Of a DNA stretch of 64,000 nucleotides, positions 50,312 through 60,523 are shown piece by piece. The DNA comes from an uncultured Verrucomicrobiae bacterium (lineage in GTDB: Bacteria > Verrucomicrobiota > Verrucomicrobiia > Chthoniobacterales > JAFAMB01): the NCBI GenBank assembly GCA_963837955.1, contig CAWIPH010000002.1, positions 800,001 through 864,000 of the forward strand, read 5' to 3'. The position numbers and the translations under genes were made by a program. The notes beneath the pieces are model-generated. The model had not been told where the DNA came from and did not search any database. It saw nothing but the letters and a program-made list of their open reading frames with translations. Positions within the stretch are counted from its first letter, which is position 1. The number at the start of each line of letters is the position of its first letter.

Positions 50312-52009
50312 GTGATTGACACACTGCTGAAGATCGCCAGGGATAGCCAATGTACCGACGTAAACGCCTGCCAAACTGTTTTGCAGAATGCTACGGAAGA
50401 TCAACGCTCTTTGGTACGATCGGTCCTCGACTCCAAGCTCGTCGATGAAACGAGGTTTTTGCGCGGGATAAGCAACTGGCTCGAAATCCCATGGTGGGAG
50501 AAAACGTTGACCTCGGTGCCGGGGCAATTGCGGGAAAAAGTGCCTGCCCGCTTGGCGCTTCGTTACCATGTGGTACCTCTCCAGCAGGATGATAGTACGA
50601 TCTGGCTTGGCCTTTATGATCCGTTCGATTTGTTAGCACGACAGACGCTCGCCGCCTCCCTGCGAGAGAAGGTACGGTACACCATGTCGACCCGCACGCT
50701 GATCCTCCAAGCCTTGCGCCAAGGATACGGAATCGGAGCTGAGACCTTTGAAGCGATCTTGCAAGGTCGCACGGAAGAAGAGGTTAACACCGAACTAAAG
50801 CAGGAGACTAATGTCCTTGATCTGGACGATTCGGAAGCCTCGGTCGTCAAGTTTGTGAACCAAATTTTGCGAGAAGGGCTCGAGCAGCGCGCGACCGACA
50901 TTCACGTCGAACCGCTGTCGAACGATTTGCGAATCCGGTATCGCATCGACGGAGTTCTTCATGAAGTGCCGGTGCCTGCCAATATCCGGTTGCTGCAAGC
51001 GTCGGTTATTTCCCGGCTGAAGGTCATGGCCCATTTGGATATTGCTGAGCGCCGTCTACCGCAGGACGGCCGGATAAATCTGGAGCTCTTAGGCCAACCC
51101 ATCGACGTTCGCGTCGCGACGATCCCATCGGTTGCCGGCGAGAGTGTCAGCCTGCGCCTCTTGGGTCAGGAGCGTTTTACCTTCGAACGGCTTGGCCTGG
51201 ATGCACCTTCTCAGCAACGCATCGAACATTTGCTCACACTTCCGAATGGAATCGTTCTGGTAACCGGCCCGACCGGCTGTGGCAAATCGACGTCGCTTTA
51301 TACGTTTCTGTCCAGCTTGAATACCCATGAACGCCGCATTGTTACGGTGGAAGATCCGGTGGAATATCAACTACCGGGAGTGATCCAGATTGCGGTAAAG
51401 CCGGAGATTGACCTGACCTTCGCGAATGGGCTTCGAAGTATCTTGCGTGGAGATCCGAACGTGATCATGGTCGGTGAGATGCGGGATCGGGAAACCGCTG
51501 AAATAGCGATCCGCGGTGCGCTCACTGGTCACTTGGTATTTAGCACCCTGCACACAAACGACGCGATTGGCGGAATCACTCGTTTGCTCGATATGGCAAT
51601 CGAACCATTTCTGGTGGCTAACTCCGTCCGCGCATTCATCGCCCAACGTTTGGTTCGAGTCTTGTGTCCGCACTGTAAGAAGCCGGCAGAATTTTCAACT
51701 AAGTATCTGAAAAAAGTCGGATTCCCGCTCGAATCGGCTGAAAGCGTACTCGCTGCGGTTGGTTGTGATGCGTGCCGCACGACCGGATATCAAGGTCGCG
51801 CTGCGATTTATGAGATTTGTTTAGTATCAGCGCGATTACAGGACCTCATAACCCAAAACAAGCCTGCGTCGGTCTTGCGAACCGTAGCGATCGAAGAGGG
51901 CATGGTACCGCTTCGGCAATATGGTTGGAACAAGGTGGTAGCTGGACTGACAACTGTCGAAGAGGTTGTTCGGGTGACGGCGGCGGACCTGGAAATGTCG
52001 GACGAGTAA
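50312..52009 (+). CDS. gspE: GspE/PilB-family secretion ATPase
   Basis: TDIHVEP, ERRLPQDG, GPTGCGKS, EDPVE, GEMRD, STLHTND, two CxxC motifs. Confidence 0.93.
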   Translation: MIDTLLKIARDSQCTDVNACQTVLQNATEDQRSLVRSVLDSKLVDETRFLRGISNWLEIPWWEKTLTSVPGQLREKVPARLALRYHVVPLQQDDSTIWLGLYDPFDLLARQTLAASLREKVRYTMSTRTLILQALRQGYGIGAETFEAILQGRTEEEVNTELKQETNVLDLDDSEASVVKFVNQILREGLEQRATDIHVEPLSNDLRIRYRIDGVLHEVPVPANIRLLQASVISRLKVMAHLDIAERRLPQDGRINLELLGQPIDVRVATIPSVAGESVSLRLLGQERFTFERLGLDAPSQQRIEHLLTLPNGIVLVTGPTGCGKSTSLYTFLSSLNTHERRIVTVEDPVEYQLPGVIQIAVKPEIDLTFANGLRSILRGDPNVIMVGEMRDRETAEIAIRGALTGHLVFSTLHTNDAIGGITRLLDMAIEPFLVANSVRAFIAQRLVRVLCPHCKKPAEFSTKYLKKVGFPLESAESVLAAVGCDACRTTGYQGRAAIYEICLVSARLQDLITQNKPASVLRTVAIEEGMVPLRQYGWNKVVAGLTTVEEVVRVTAADLEMSDE

Positions 52010-52012
52010 ACG

Positions 52013-53245
52013 ATGCCAAGTTTCCTTTATGAGGCCGTCAGCCGGGCCGGTGAACGGATTCGCGGCGAATTGGTCGCTCAGAACCGAGCCGAAGCGTTTC
52101 GGAAGCTCGATCGCGATCGGTTGCAACCTATTAAGATCCAAGAGAAGGGTGGGACGTCTGGTGTTGTTCCACCAGTTGATCAACCGCGAGGCCTCATCAA
52201 GATTCGTCTCTCTCGTGGCCAGATTATCCTATTCACCGAAGAATTGAGCGATTTGCTCGACGCCGGTCTGCAGATTGAGCCGGCTCTTCGGGTCATGGAG
52301 GCCCGCAAAGAATTATCAAAAATCAAACAGATCGCCGCCGCTCTTCGTCAGCGGGTGCGAGAGGGAAGTAGCCTTTCGAACGCTTTACGCCAAGTTTCTC
52401 CCAGCTTCGGAGATCTCTACTGCAATCTTGTTTCGGCCGGGGAGATCAGCGGTTCGCTGCCGGAGTTATTGAAGCGACAGGCCGCTTTTTTGGTGACCAT
52501 CGATGATCTACAAAAAAAGGTGGTGTCTGCGCTCATTTATCCGGCCATGATCTTTGTGCTTGGTCTCGGACTGATATTCTTGTTCATGACTTACCTGGTT
52601 CCGCAGATGACGGTGCTATTTGAAAAGACCGGTAAGAACGTGCCTCTTCTTACTAGATTGCTCATCGATGTGAGTGCTTTTTTTTCGCACTACTGGTGGG
52701 CGATTCTCGCTGCGATTGTCCTGGCCGGTTTTGCTTTTTTTCAGCTTATCCGGCATCCCCGGGGAAAGAAATGGTGGCACCGGGTACAGTTAAAGATTCC
52801 AGTGGTTGGCGGAGTGTTAAGGGGCCGATTTTATGCGCAGTTTGCTCAGACCTTATCTAATCTCCTTGGCAACGGTCTTCCTTTATTGAACGCCCTCCAA
52901 TTGATGCGAGGTGCTACCTCGAATGAGCATTGGCGTCGCTCGCTGGCGGCGGTGACCGAATACGTCGGGGAAGGCGGTGCCTTCTCGCGCGGGCTCCAAC
53001 GGCTCACCGATTTCCCTTCACTGTTCATTGATATGGTAGCAGTCGGAGAACAAACCGGAGACTTGGCAAAAGCCTTGGATAAGGTCGGCAAAAAATATGA
53101 CAAGGAGCTGAACCTCCGCATTCAACGGTTAACATCGATGGTCCAGCCGGTGATCATACTAATCATGGCTGGAATGGTCGGAGTAATTGCGTATTCGATC
53201 ATCAATGGCATTTTCGACGCCGTCTCCGGGTTGCAAACTCATTAG
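52013..53245 (+). CDS. gspF: GspF/PilC-family platform protein
   Basis: GEISGSL, ALIYP, GEQTGDL; 3 TM. Confidence 0.92.
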   Translation: MPSFLYEAVSRAGERIRGELVAQNRAEAFRKLDRDRLQPIKIQEKGGTSGVVPPVDQPRGLIKIRLSRGQIILFTEELSDLLDAGLQIEPALRVMEARKELSKIKQIAAALRQRVREGSSLSNALRQVSPSFGDLYCNLVSAGEISGSLPELLKRQAAFLVTIDDLQKKVVSALIYPAMIFVLGLGLIFLFMTYLVPQMTVLFEKTGKNVPLLTRLLIDVSAFFSHYWWAILAAIVLAGFAFFQLIRHPRGKKWWHRVQLKIPVVGGVLRGRFYAQFAQTLSNLLGNGLPLLNALQLMRGATSNEHWRRSLAAVTEYVGEGGAFSRGLQRLTDFPSLFIDMVAVGEQTGDLAKALDKVGKKYDKELNLRIQRLTSMVQPVIILIMAGMVGVIAYSIINGIFDAVSGLQTH

Positions 53246-53295
53246 GGAAAAAATCCAAGCTCTTGGTTTCTGGGCCAAACCGATCCATCCATCCG

Positions 53296-54075
53296 ATGAC
53301 TGATCTTCGACTATTGAGTTTGGACTTTGACGGAACAATGATTGCGCCGTGGGAAGCTGAACGCGCCGCCATCAGTCGGTCTTTGGTCGATCGTCTTAAT
53401 CTACTACGTCGCTGCGGGACGATCGTGGCGATGAACACCGGTCGTACGCTGGAACTCGTCGACCAGGCACTCGAATTTTTCCCATTTCGACCGGATTACG
53501 CGCTCACTACCGAAAGAGAGATTTATAGAGCTAATGGCTCCGGTTGGGAACCGATCGTCGCGTGGAACGCTGATTGCCAGAAGTCGCACGATCAGCTGTA
53601 CCGAGATGCCTCGGAGCTGCTTATCGATATTGAAAACTATTTGTGTACTCGGACCGAGGCTCGGTTGCACCGGGAATCTGGTCGACTAGTGGGTGTGGTG
53701 GCCCAAGATGCTCCAGAGATGGATGGAATCGTCAGTTATTTGGATTCGCAACGAAAAGAGATCGAAGAGTTTTCTTATCAACGGAACGGGATCTACCTGC
53801 GATTTTGCCATGTCCGCTTCGACAAGGGATCAGTGCTTCGGGGATTGCAATCGCTCCTGGGAGTTGAACCCGGCGAGACGTTTGCCGCGGGCGACAATTA
53901 CAATGACTTGCCGATGCTGCGAACCGAAATCGCGCGACATCTGGCATGTCCTTCGAACAGTATTGATGAAGTTAAGGACGCTGTCCGAGACGGTGGCGGT
54001 CATGTTTCTGAACTGGTCGGCGGCGACGGCCTGGCCGAAGCCCTATTGCGTTTTCCATTACCAGAAGGACCGTAA
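53296..54075 (+). CDS. HAD-superfamily (Cof/IIB-like) hydrolase
   Basis: DFDGT, NTGR, DKG, GDNYND. Confidence 0.88.
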   Translation: MTDLRLLSLDFDGTMIAPWEAERAAISRSLVDRLNLLRRCGTIVAMNTGRTLELVDQALEFFPFRPDYALTTEREIYRANGSGWEPIVAWNADCQKSHDQLYRDASELLIDIENYLCTRTEARLHRESGRLVGVVAQDAPEMDGIVSYLDSQRKEIEEFSYQRNGIYLRFCHVRFDKGSVLRGLQSLLGVEPGETFAAGDNYNDLPMLRTEIARHLACPSNSIDEVKDAVRDGGGHVSELVGGDGLAEALLRFPLPEGP

Positions 54076-54246
54076 TTAGTTCAGAGAAAGCGCTTTGCGC
54101 AATTCATATGATTGCTGTCTACCATTGCCAACAGCGCGGACTAGGCGGCGCCAGAGTCGTTGATTAACAATCGCTCCTATGACGATTCAAGCTTGCGCGG
54201 AATTTTTCCAGGGTTGTACCATGGCCTGGTTGTCGCCCCGCGTTAG

Positions 54247-54933
54247 ATGAGTGAGAAGATCCTGATCGTTGAAGATGAGGTGGATGTTGCCGAATTGCTT
54301 GCCCACCACCTCAAAAAGGCTGGCTTTGTCGTCGAGATGGCCACAAATGGCCGGACTGCCTTAACATTCATTCGGGATCAGCCGCCGACTTTGGTTGTCC
54401 TGGACCTCATGTTACCGGAGATGTCGGGCCTCGACCTGTGCCGGGCGATCCGTTCCGACCCGCGCACAAAAGAAATGGCGATCGTGATGCTTTCCGCGCG
54501 TACCGAAGAAATCGACCGGGTACTCGGATTTGAGCTCGGAGCTGACGATTATGTGGTGAAGCCTTTTAGTCCTCGCGAGTTCGTGCTGCGGATCCAGGCG
54601 ATCTTGCGCCGGCGGGCTGCGGCGCCCAATGATCATGACTGCTTGCGAGTAGGGGAGATTCTACTTGATCGTTCCCGACATGAAGTGAAGGCAGCCAACC
54701 GCGTAGTCGAATGTACTGCCACAGAGTTTAAGTTGTTACGTTTGTTGATGGAGCGGGAAGGGCGGGTGCAAGGGAGGGATCGTCTGCTGAGCGACGTTTG
54801 GGGGTACGACTCGATCATTGATACAAGAACGGTGGATACGCACATGCGACGCCTAAGGGATAAACTGGGTAACTGCGGTCGCTACATCGAGACTGTGCGT
54901 GGATTCGGATATCGGCTAGCGGTGCCTCATTAA
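54247..54933 (+). CDS. phoB: OmpR-family response regulator, PhoB/PhoP-like
   Basis: LDLMLP, GADDYVVKPF, VWGY...TRTVDTHMRRLR, ETVRGFGY. The phoB symbol rests partly on context (Pho-box-like repeats, pstB). Confidence 0.8.
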   Translation: MSEKILIVEDEVDVAELLAHHLKKAGFVVEMATNGRTALTFIRDQPPTLVVLDLMLPEMSGLDLCRAIRSDPRTKEMAIVMLSARTEEIDRVLGFELGADDYVVKPFSPREFVLRIQAILRRRAAAPNDHDCLRVGEILLDRSRHEVKAANRVVECTATEFKLLRLLMEREGRVQGRDRLLSDVWGYDSIIDTRTVDTHMRRLRDKLGNCGRYIETVRGFGYRLAVPH

Positions 54934-55004
54934 TTGGCCCTTCTGCGGGCCATAAGGCGATTGAAAACCCCTTTTAGGGAGAGGTTTGTAGACAATTGCT
55001 GGGA

Positions 55005-55045
55005 TTGTCACCAAAATGTAACAGAATCGACGTTATTCTGTAACA
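55005..55045 (+). promoter_or_regulatory. Pho-box-like array
   Basis: TGTCAC (55006), TGTAAC (55017) and TGTAAC (55039) lie on an 11-bp grid. Confidence 0.65.
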
Positions 55046-55279
55046 TGCAGTTGGTCACCTGAGCGCGCTGAGGTTAGTCGGTTTCTTTGGCTTAGGCTCC
55101 CCGCCCGGATCGGCCTTTAGCCCACAAAAACCAAACTAGAGTCAGCAAAAAGAGTGTGCGGAGAGCTCTTCGCTCGGCGGTAGGGTTTGAGCTGGCTTCT
55201 AGTGGCTGGAACAACCCCCCACTGACGGCGGATTGCTTCTATTAGTTTGAGGCTAGGTTTGCCCGGAGAAAAACCCATC

Positions 55280-55313
55280 AAATGTTACTTCGCCGCCATC
55301 CGGCTGTCACATT
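55280..55313 (+). promoter_or_regulatory. Pho-box-like site upstream of porin 1
   Basis: TGTTAC, CGCCAT and TGTCAC at 11-bp spacing. Block is 33/34 identical to 57376-57409. Confidence 0.65.
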
Positions 55314-55439
55314 CGATTGGTCAACTTTGGTCCAGCTGTGCTAAACCCCGCGCGTATTGATGCTCGGTAAGGTGCATCATTAACTTATAGAGCACGCGAA
55401 AAGATTCGCGAGATCTAGGTCCAAGGAGAGAGAAAACCA

Positions 55440-57143
55440 ATGATCCTAAAAAACAGATACGCAATAACACTGGCTGGCCTTGTTGCCTTAACCACCAGTG
55501 CTGCATTTGCGCAAGACAACCAGGCGCTCATTGATGCTTTGGTCCGCAAAGGCATCTTGTCGCAAAAAGACGCCGAGAGCATCGAAAGAGAGGTGTCAAA
55601 GAATCCGGCAGTGGTCCCAGCTCCGAGCAGTCCGCTCAAGCTGGCACCCTGGATTAAGGAACTGAAACTGAGCGGTGACTTGCGTCTCCGTTACCAGTGG
55701 GATGAAGAGCAGGCTCAAGAGCCTTCGGTTGCTCCAGTCGCGCCGACTCCAACCCCGATCCCTAGCCTTAAGAATCCAACTCCTACGCTAGTGGCCAGTC
55801 CGAACGGTCGGAACCATGTGGCGACGCGAGAGCGCTGGCGCTTTCGTTTGCGTTTGAATGCCGAAATGAAGTTCGACGGCGGCTTCTTTGCCGGAGTCAG
55901 CCTGACAACCAACAACTTTGCCGATACCGGCAATCAGACCTACACGGGAGGCTTCCAGAACTACGGCATTTATATAAGCAAAGCGTTCCTGGGCTGGGAC
56001 GGCTATCCTGGCTTGACCGTTATTGCCGGCAAACAGGACAACCCCTTCTACACCACAGACTTGTTCTGGGAACCGAACATCTATCCTCAGGGGTTGGTGG
56101 AACGGATAGACTTTGATAAGCTTTTTGGCTGGAACTCGGCTGGCGAGCCGGTCAGTTACAGTAAGGAAGGCAAGGCCCCGCCTCCGGTTAAGAAGAGCCA
56201 TGGCTCATTCGAGTTAGCCCTTATTGCCGCGCAATTCATCTTCTACGACAACAACGAATACAACTTCGACAGCGATCTGAAGAATGATTCTTACCTGTTT
56301 CAGGAACAATTGTTGATGCGATACAAAACCGATTGGTTTTCGTTCACGTTTGGTCCGTCGCTGTTTATAGCGAATGCGGCGGCCTATGGCCATGACACGG
56401 TCGCGAACGGGCCCGCTGGGAACTTCTCTTCAGTCAATACGGGTGGATTTACGGCGCCGGCCAAGACCGACTTCCTGCAGTTCTTGGACGGTACGGGTGA
56501 AGAACGGGATCTGTTCGTCGTCATGGCACCTGGAGATATCAGTGTGAAGGTGGCTAACATTCCGGTGAAACTCTACTGGGACTTTGCTTATAACTTCGAT
56601 GGCGGCAAACGTTACAGTCTGCTCGGCACGGCGGGTCAAAGGGCAACCGGAACCACCCTGTTCAATGGCACGACGCTCACCACCCCTTTTATCACCACTC
56701 AGCGAGATGGGGTTAATCCTCCTTTAACTCCTGGGCCGGGCCTCTACAGTGGCTTGATCCTGAGTAAGACCGGAGCAGTTCTGGGCTTCACTAACTTGGC
56801 GCAACCGTCCAACAAGGATAAGATGGCATGGTTGATTGGGTTGAAGATTGGTGACAACAAGAAGGCTGGCGATGTTTCGATCTACGGCGATTACCGTCAG
56901 GTCGGTATAGCGTCGGTCGATCCGAACCTTGCGGCCACGGACTCGATGAACGACCGATTGAACTCGCAAGGCTTCGGCTTCGGGATCGTTTACAACGTGA
57001 CCGACTTCTTTCTCTTGGGAGTCAGTGGACGGATCGACTGGAACCTGACGAACCTCTACGGAGGTCAAGCCACACGCGGTTCCGGTATTGCCGACGATAA
57101 CAGCTGGCACTACGTCCGGGTTGACGCCTTGCTGAAGTTCTAA
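55440..57143 (+). CDS. Putative porin (outer-membrane beta-barrel), copy 1
   Basis: Signal peptide, ALIDALVRKGIL N-domain, GDLRLRY, RFRLRL, C-terminal VDALLKF. Confidence 0.88.
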   Translation: MILKNRYAITLAGLVALTTSAAFAQDNQALIDALVRKGILSQKDAESIEREVSKNPAVVPAPSSPLKLAPWIKELKLSGDLRLRYQWDEEQAQEPSVAPVAPTPTPIPSLKNPTPTLVASPNGRNHVATRERWRFRLRLNAEMKFDGGFFAGVSLTTNNFADTGNQTYTGGFQNYGIYISKAFLGWDGYPGLTVIAGKQDNPFYTTDLFWEPNIYPQGLVERIDFDKLFGWNSAGEPVSYSKEGKAPPPVKKSHGSFELALIAAQFIFYDNNEYNFDSDLKNDSYLFQEQLLMRYKTDWFSFTFGPSLFIANAAAYGHDTVANGPAGNFSSVNTGGFTAPAKTDFLQFLDGTGEERDLFVVMAPGDISVKVANIPVKLYWDFAYNFDGGKRYSLLGTAGQRATGTTLFNGTTLTTPFITTQRDGVNPPLTPGPGLYSGLILSKTGAVLGFTNLAQPSNKDKMAWLIGLKIGDNKKAGDVSIYGDYRQVGIASVDPNLAATDSMNDRLNSQGFGFGIVYNVTDFFLLGVSGRIDWNLTNLYGGQATRGSGIADDNSWHYVRVDALLKF

Positions 57144-57178
57144 AGACTTCAGAAGTGATTTAGTACGAACATTTTGCC

Positions 57179-57212
57179 GACCCGGTGGCTTAAACCACCG
57201 GGTCTGCTTTTT
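57179..57212 (+). terminator. Intrinsic terminator after porin 1
   Basis: GACCCGGTGG-CTTAAA-CCACCGGGTC followed by TGCTTTTT. Confidence 0.8.
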
Positions 57213-57375
57213 CCGGAAAAACTATCCGGAAAAACTTTTAGGTCCACAACGAGAAGAAACCATGACCCAAGAAACTGGTCTTGGCCGGTTTCGAATTTTT
57301 GACCACGAGTGTGAGCTTTGGCAAAGATCGGGCGCTCTTCGGCACGCCGGTTTAATCCGTTCGGAAAAACCAGTA

Positions 57376-57409
57376 AAATGTTACTTCGCTGCCATCCGGC
57401 TGTCACATT
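57376..57409 (+). promoter_or_regulatory. Pho-box-like site upstream of porin 2
   Basis: TGTTAC (57379), TGCCAT (57390), TGTCAC (57401). Confidence 0.65.
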
Positions 57410-57528
57410 GCTTGTTCAATTTCGAAAAATCATGCTGAACCTCGCACCTGTCGGCGCTCAGCGAGGAGCGCCACCGACTTAGGGAGGACGAGATTTCGCA
57501 GGATCTAAGTTCAAGGAGAGACAAACCA

Positions 57529-59229
57529 ATGATCCTAAAAAACCGATACTGTTGGGCGCTGGCCGGCCTTGTTGCCTTAATCACCAGCTCCGCATTTGCA
57601 GATGATCAGGCGCTTATCGATGCCTTAATTCGCAAAGGCATCCTAACGCAAAAAGACGCCGAAAAGATAGAAAGTGAGGTGTCGAAAAACCCGGCACTGG
57701 CGACAACTCCGAGCAGCCCGCTCAAGCTTGCGCCCTGGATTAAGGAGTTGAAACTGAGTGGTGACTTGCGTCTCCGTTATCAATGGGATGAAGAGCAGGC
57801 TCAAGAGCCCTCGGTCGCTCCAGTCGCGCCGACTCCAACCCCGATCCCTAGCCTTAAGAATCCGACTCCTACGCTGGTGGCCAGTCCGAATGGCAAGAAC
57901 CACGTCGCGACGCGCTCGCGCTGGCGATTCCGTTTGCGTTTGAATGCTGAAATGAAATTCGATGGTGGCTTCTTTGCTGGAGTCAGCCTCTCGACCAATA
58001 ACTTTTCCGATACGCAAAATCAGACCTATACGGGTGGTTTCCAGAACTACGGAATCTATATAAGCAAGGCATTCTTGGGCTGGAACGGCTATCCTGGTCT
58101 AGCCATTATTGCTGGTAAACAGGACAACCCGTTCTATGCCACCGATCTGTTCTGGGATCCGAACATGTATCCGCAAGGCTTGGTGGAACGGATCGATTTT
58201 GATCAGCTCTTTGGCTGGAACTCGGCTGGGGAACCGGTCAGCTATAGCAAGGAGGGCAAGGCTCCGCCTCCCGTCAAGAAAAGCCACGGGACTTTCGAGT
58301 TGGCGCTCATTGCCGGTCAGTTCATTTTCTACGACAACAACGAATACAACTTCGACAGCGATCTGAAGAACGATTCCTACCTATTCGAAGAACAGTTGTT
58401 GGCTCGCTACAAGACCGACTGGTTCTCGATCACGGTAGCTCCGTCGCTCTTTATCGCCAATGCCGGTGCCTACGGACACGACACCGTGGCTAATGGTCCG
58501 GCCGGCAACTTCTCCTCGGTCAATACCGGTGGATTTACCGCACCGGCCAAGACCGATTTCCTCCAGTTCCTGGATGGAACCGGCGAAGAAAGAAGTCTGT
58601 TCGTCGTTCAAGCGCCGGGAGATATCACCGTGAAGGTGGGCAAGATTCCGGTGAAATTTTATTGGGACTTTGCCTACAACTTTGATGGAGGTAAACGCTT
58701 CAGCTTGCTCGGTACGGCCGGCCAAAGAGCGACGGGGACGACCCTTTTCAACGGTACAACGCTGACCACGCCTTTCATCACCACCCAGCGAGATGGAACC
58801 AATCCCACTACCTTCCCATTCCCTGGCTTGTATAGCGAAGTGGTCACCAATTCCGCCGGTGTTGTGATCGGCTACCGGAATCTGGCGCAACCCTCCAACA
58901 AAGATAAAATGGCATGGTTGGTCGGATTGAAGATCGGTGACAACAAGAAAGCCGGAGATTTCTCGGCCTATGCCGATTATCGCCAAGTTGGTATCGCAGC
59001 AGTTGATCCGAACCTCTCATTCGATGACGCGATGAACGCCCGCTTGAATTTCCAAGGCTTCGGCATGGGAATCGCCTACAACGTGACTGACTTCTTCATT
59101 TTGGGAGTCAGTGGACGCATCGATTGGAACTTGACCAACCTCTATGGGGGCCAGGCCACGCACGGCTCCGGTATTGCTGACGACAACTCTTGGCACTACG
59201 TCCGAGTTGACGCGTTGTTGAAGTTCTAA
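57529..59229 (+). CDS. Putative porin, copy 2 (tandem paralog)
   Basis: Collinear and highly similar to 55440-57143. Confidence 0.88.
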   Translation: MILKNRYCWALAGLVALITSSAFADDQALIDALIRKGILTQKDAEKIESEVSKNPALATTPSSPLKLAPWIKELKLSGDLRLRYQWDEEQAQEPSVAPVAPTPTPIPSLKNPTPTLVASPNGKNHVATRSRWRFRLRLNAEMKFDGGFFAGVSLSTNNFSDTQNQTYTGGFQNYGIYISKAFLGWNGYPGLAIIAGKQDNPFYATDLFWDPNMYPQGLVERIDFDQLFGWNSAGEPVSYSKEGKAPPPVKKSHGTFELALIAGQFIFYDNNEYNFDSDLKNDSYLFEEQLLARYKTDWFSITVAPSLFIANAGAYGHDTVANGPAGNFSSVNTGGFTAPAKTDFLQFLDGTGEERSLFVVQAPGDITVKVGKIPVKFYWDFAYNFDGGKRFSLLGTAGQRATGTTLFNGTTLTTPFITTQRDGTNPTTFPFPGLYSEVVTNSAGVVIGYRNLAQPSNKDKMAWLVGLKIGDNKKAGDFSAYADYRQVGIAAVDPNLSFDDAMNARLNFQGFGMGIAYNVTDFFILGVSGRIDWNLTNLYGGQATHGSGIADDNSWHYVRVDALLKF

Positions 59230-59262
59230 CCGTCAGAAGTTGCTTAATTACAGATATTTACA

Positions 59263-59296
59263 CGACCCGGTGGCGGAACCAGCCGGGTCGCCTTTT
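59263..59296 (+). terminator. Intrinsic terminator after porin 2
   Basis: CGACCCGGTGG...CCAGCCGGGTCG followed by CCTTTT; homologous to the porin 1 terminator. Confidence 0.7.
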
Positions 59297-59412
59297 ATGA
59301 ATTTTCCAAGCAGGTAGACCCGCCAGGCAGTCCCGGCCGCGAATTGCCATTTGAAAATATTCTGCGAGACTGAAACGTTTATCGCTCAGGCACCTTTTCC
59401 GGAAAACTCGTT

Positions 59413-60267
59413 ATGGAATCTGCGAAGACCGACATAAAACCTGTTCAACAATCCGGCGAAGCAGTGCAATTGTCGCCGACACCGAGAAAGGTCGAGCCCG
59501 ATATCCCCGGTATCCCGGTCGTTGAAGTGGATCAGGTCGATTTTCATTATGGTGCTGCGAAGGCGCTACACGGGATAAATCTTTCGATACCTAAGAAAAA
59601 GGTTACAGCATTCATTGGTCCGTCCGGTTGCGGCAAATCGACACTGTTGCGTTGCTTAAATCGAATGAACGACTTGGTTGATCATGCCCGAGTCACTGCC
59701 GGAGAAATCCGCATCGGCGGGGTAAATATCAACGCTCCAGAAGTCGATGTGATCGAGCTAAGGAAAAGAGTCGGGATGGTTTTCCAAAAATCGAATCCCT
59801 TTCCCAAATCAATTTACGAGAATATTGCATACGGGTTACGCATCAGCGGGGTCCGGAACAAGAAAATAATCGATCAGACGGTTGAGCAAAGCCTGCGGGG
59901 TGCCGCTCTTTGGGAAGAAGTCCGGAATCGGTTACACGAGAGTGCCCTTGGTTTGTCTGGCGGTCAGCAGCAACGACTTTGTATAGCCCGAGCGATCGCG
60001 GTAAAGCCAGAGGTGATTTTGATGGATGAGCCCTGTTCCGCGCTCGACCCAATTGCGACAGCGAAGGTAGAAGAGCTGATTTTCTCGCTAAAAGATCAAT
60101 TCACCATTGTCATCGTCACTCACAACATGCAGCAGGCGACTCGCTGCTCGGATTTCACAGCATTCTTCTATTTGGGCCGGCTGATCGAGTATGATAGGAC
60201 CGAAAAGTTGTTTAGTAATCCTACGCAAAAGCAGACCGAAGATTACATCTCGGGACGGTTCGGTTAG
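59413..60267 (+). CDS. pstB: Phosphate ABC transporter ATP-binding protein
   Basis: [56 protein letters not shown]. Confidence 0.96.
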   Translation: MESAKTDIKPVQQSGEAVQLSPTPRKVEPDIPGIPVVEVDQVDFHYGAAKALHGINLSIPKKKVTAFIGPSGCGKSTLLRCLNRMNDLVDHARVTAGEIRIGGVNINAPEVDVIELRKRVGMVFQKSNPFPKSIYENIAYGLRISGVRNKKIIDQTVEQSLRGAALWEEVRNRLHESALGLSGGQQQRLCIARAIAVKPEVILMDEPCSALDPIATAKVEELIFSLKDQFTIVIVTHNMQQATRCSDFTAFFYLGRLIEYDRTEKLFSNPTQKQTEDYISGRFG

Positions 60268-60314
60268 TAGCAGCTAGCCTCGACGCTCCAGCCTGAGGAA
60301 CCCAGGGCAGGCTG

Positions 60315-60495
60315 CAGTGATGGTGATTGATAATTAGTGAAAGGGGCGGTGAGAGATTTTTGCCGAGGATTTGCCGATAGGCATCCGCCATTCACCTCTC
60401 ACTTCTCACCAATCACTGACGTGCTTTCTGAGGCTGGCTTGTCCGCCGAAGTTATGGGTTTGCGGGAGTACGAAGGAGGAAGCATCAGGCTACTT
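60315..60495. repeat. Intergenic heptamer-rich inverted-repeat element, copy B
   Basis: 26-bp core (60370-60395) matches 10785-10810 with one mismatch. AGCATCAGGCTACT is also shared. Confidence 0.75.
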
Positions 60496-60523
60496 TGCGA
60501 AGGCGGCCCGCCCGCCTGTTGTT

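Noticed and set aside
50312..53245. gspE-gspF as a novel secretion system
   Set aside because: Standard motifs; separation from pilin and secretin genes is common.
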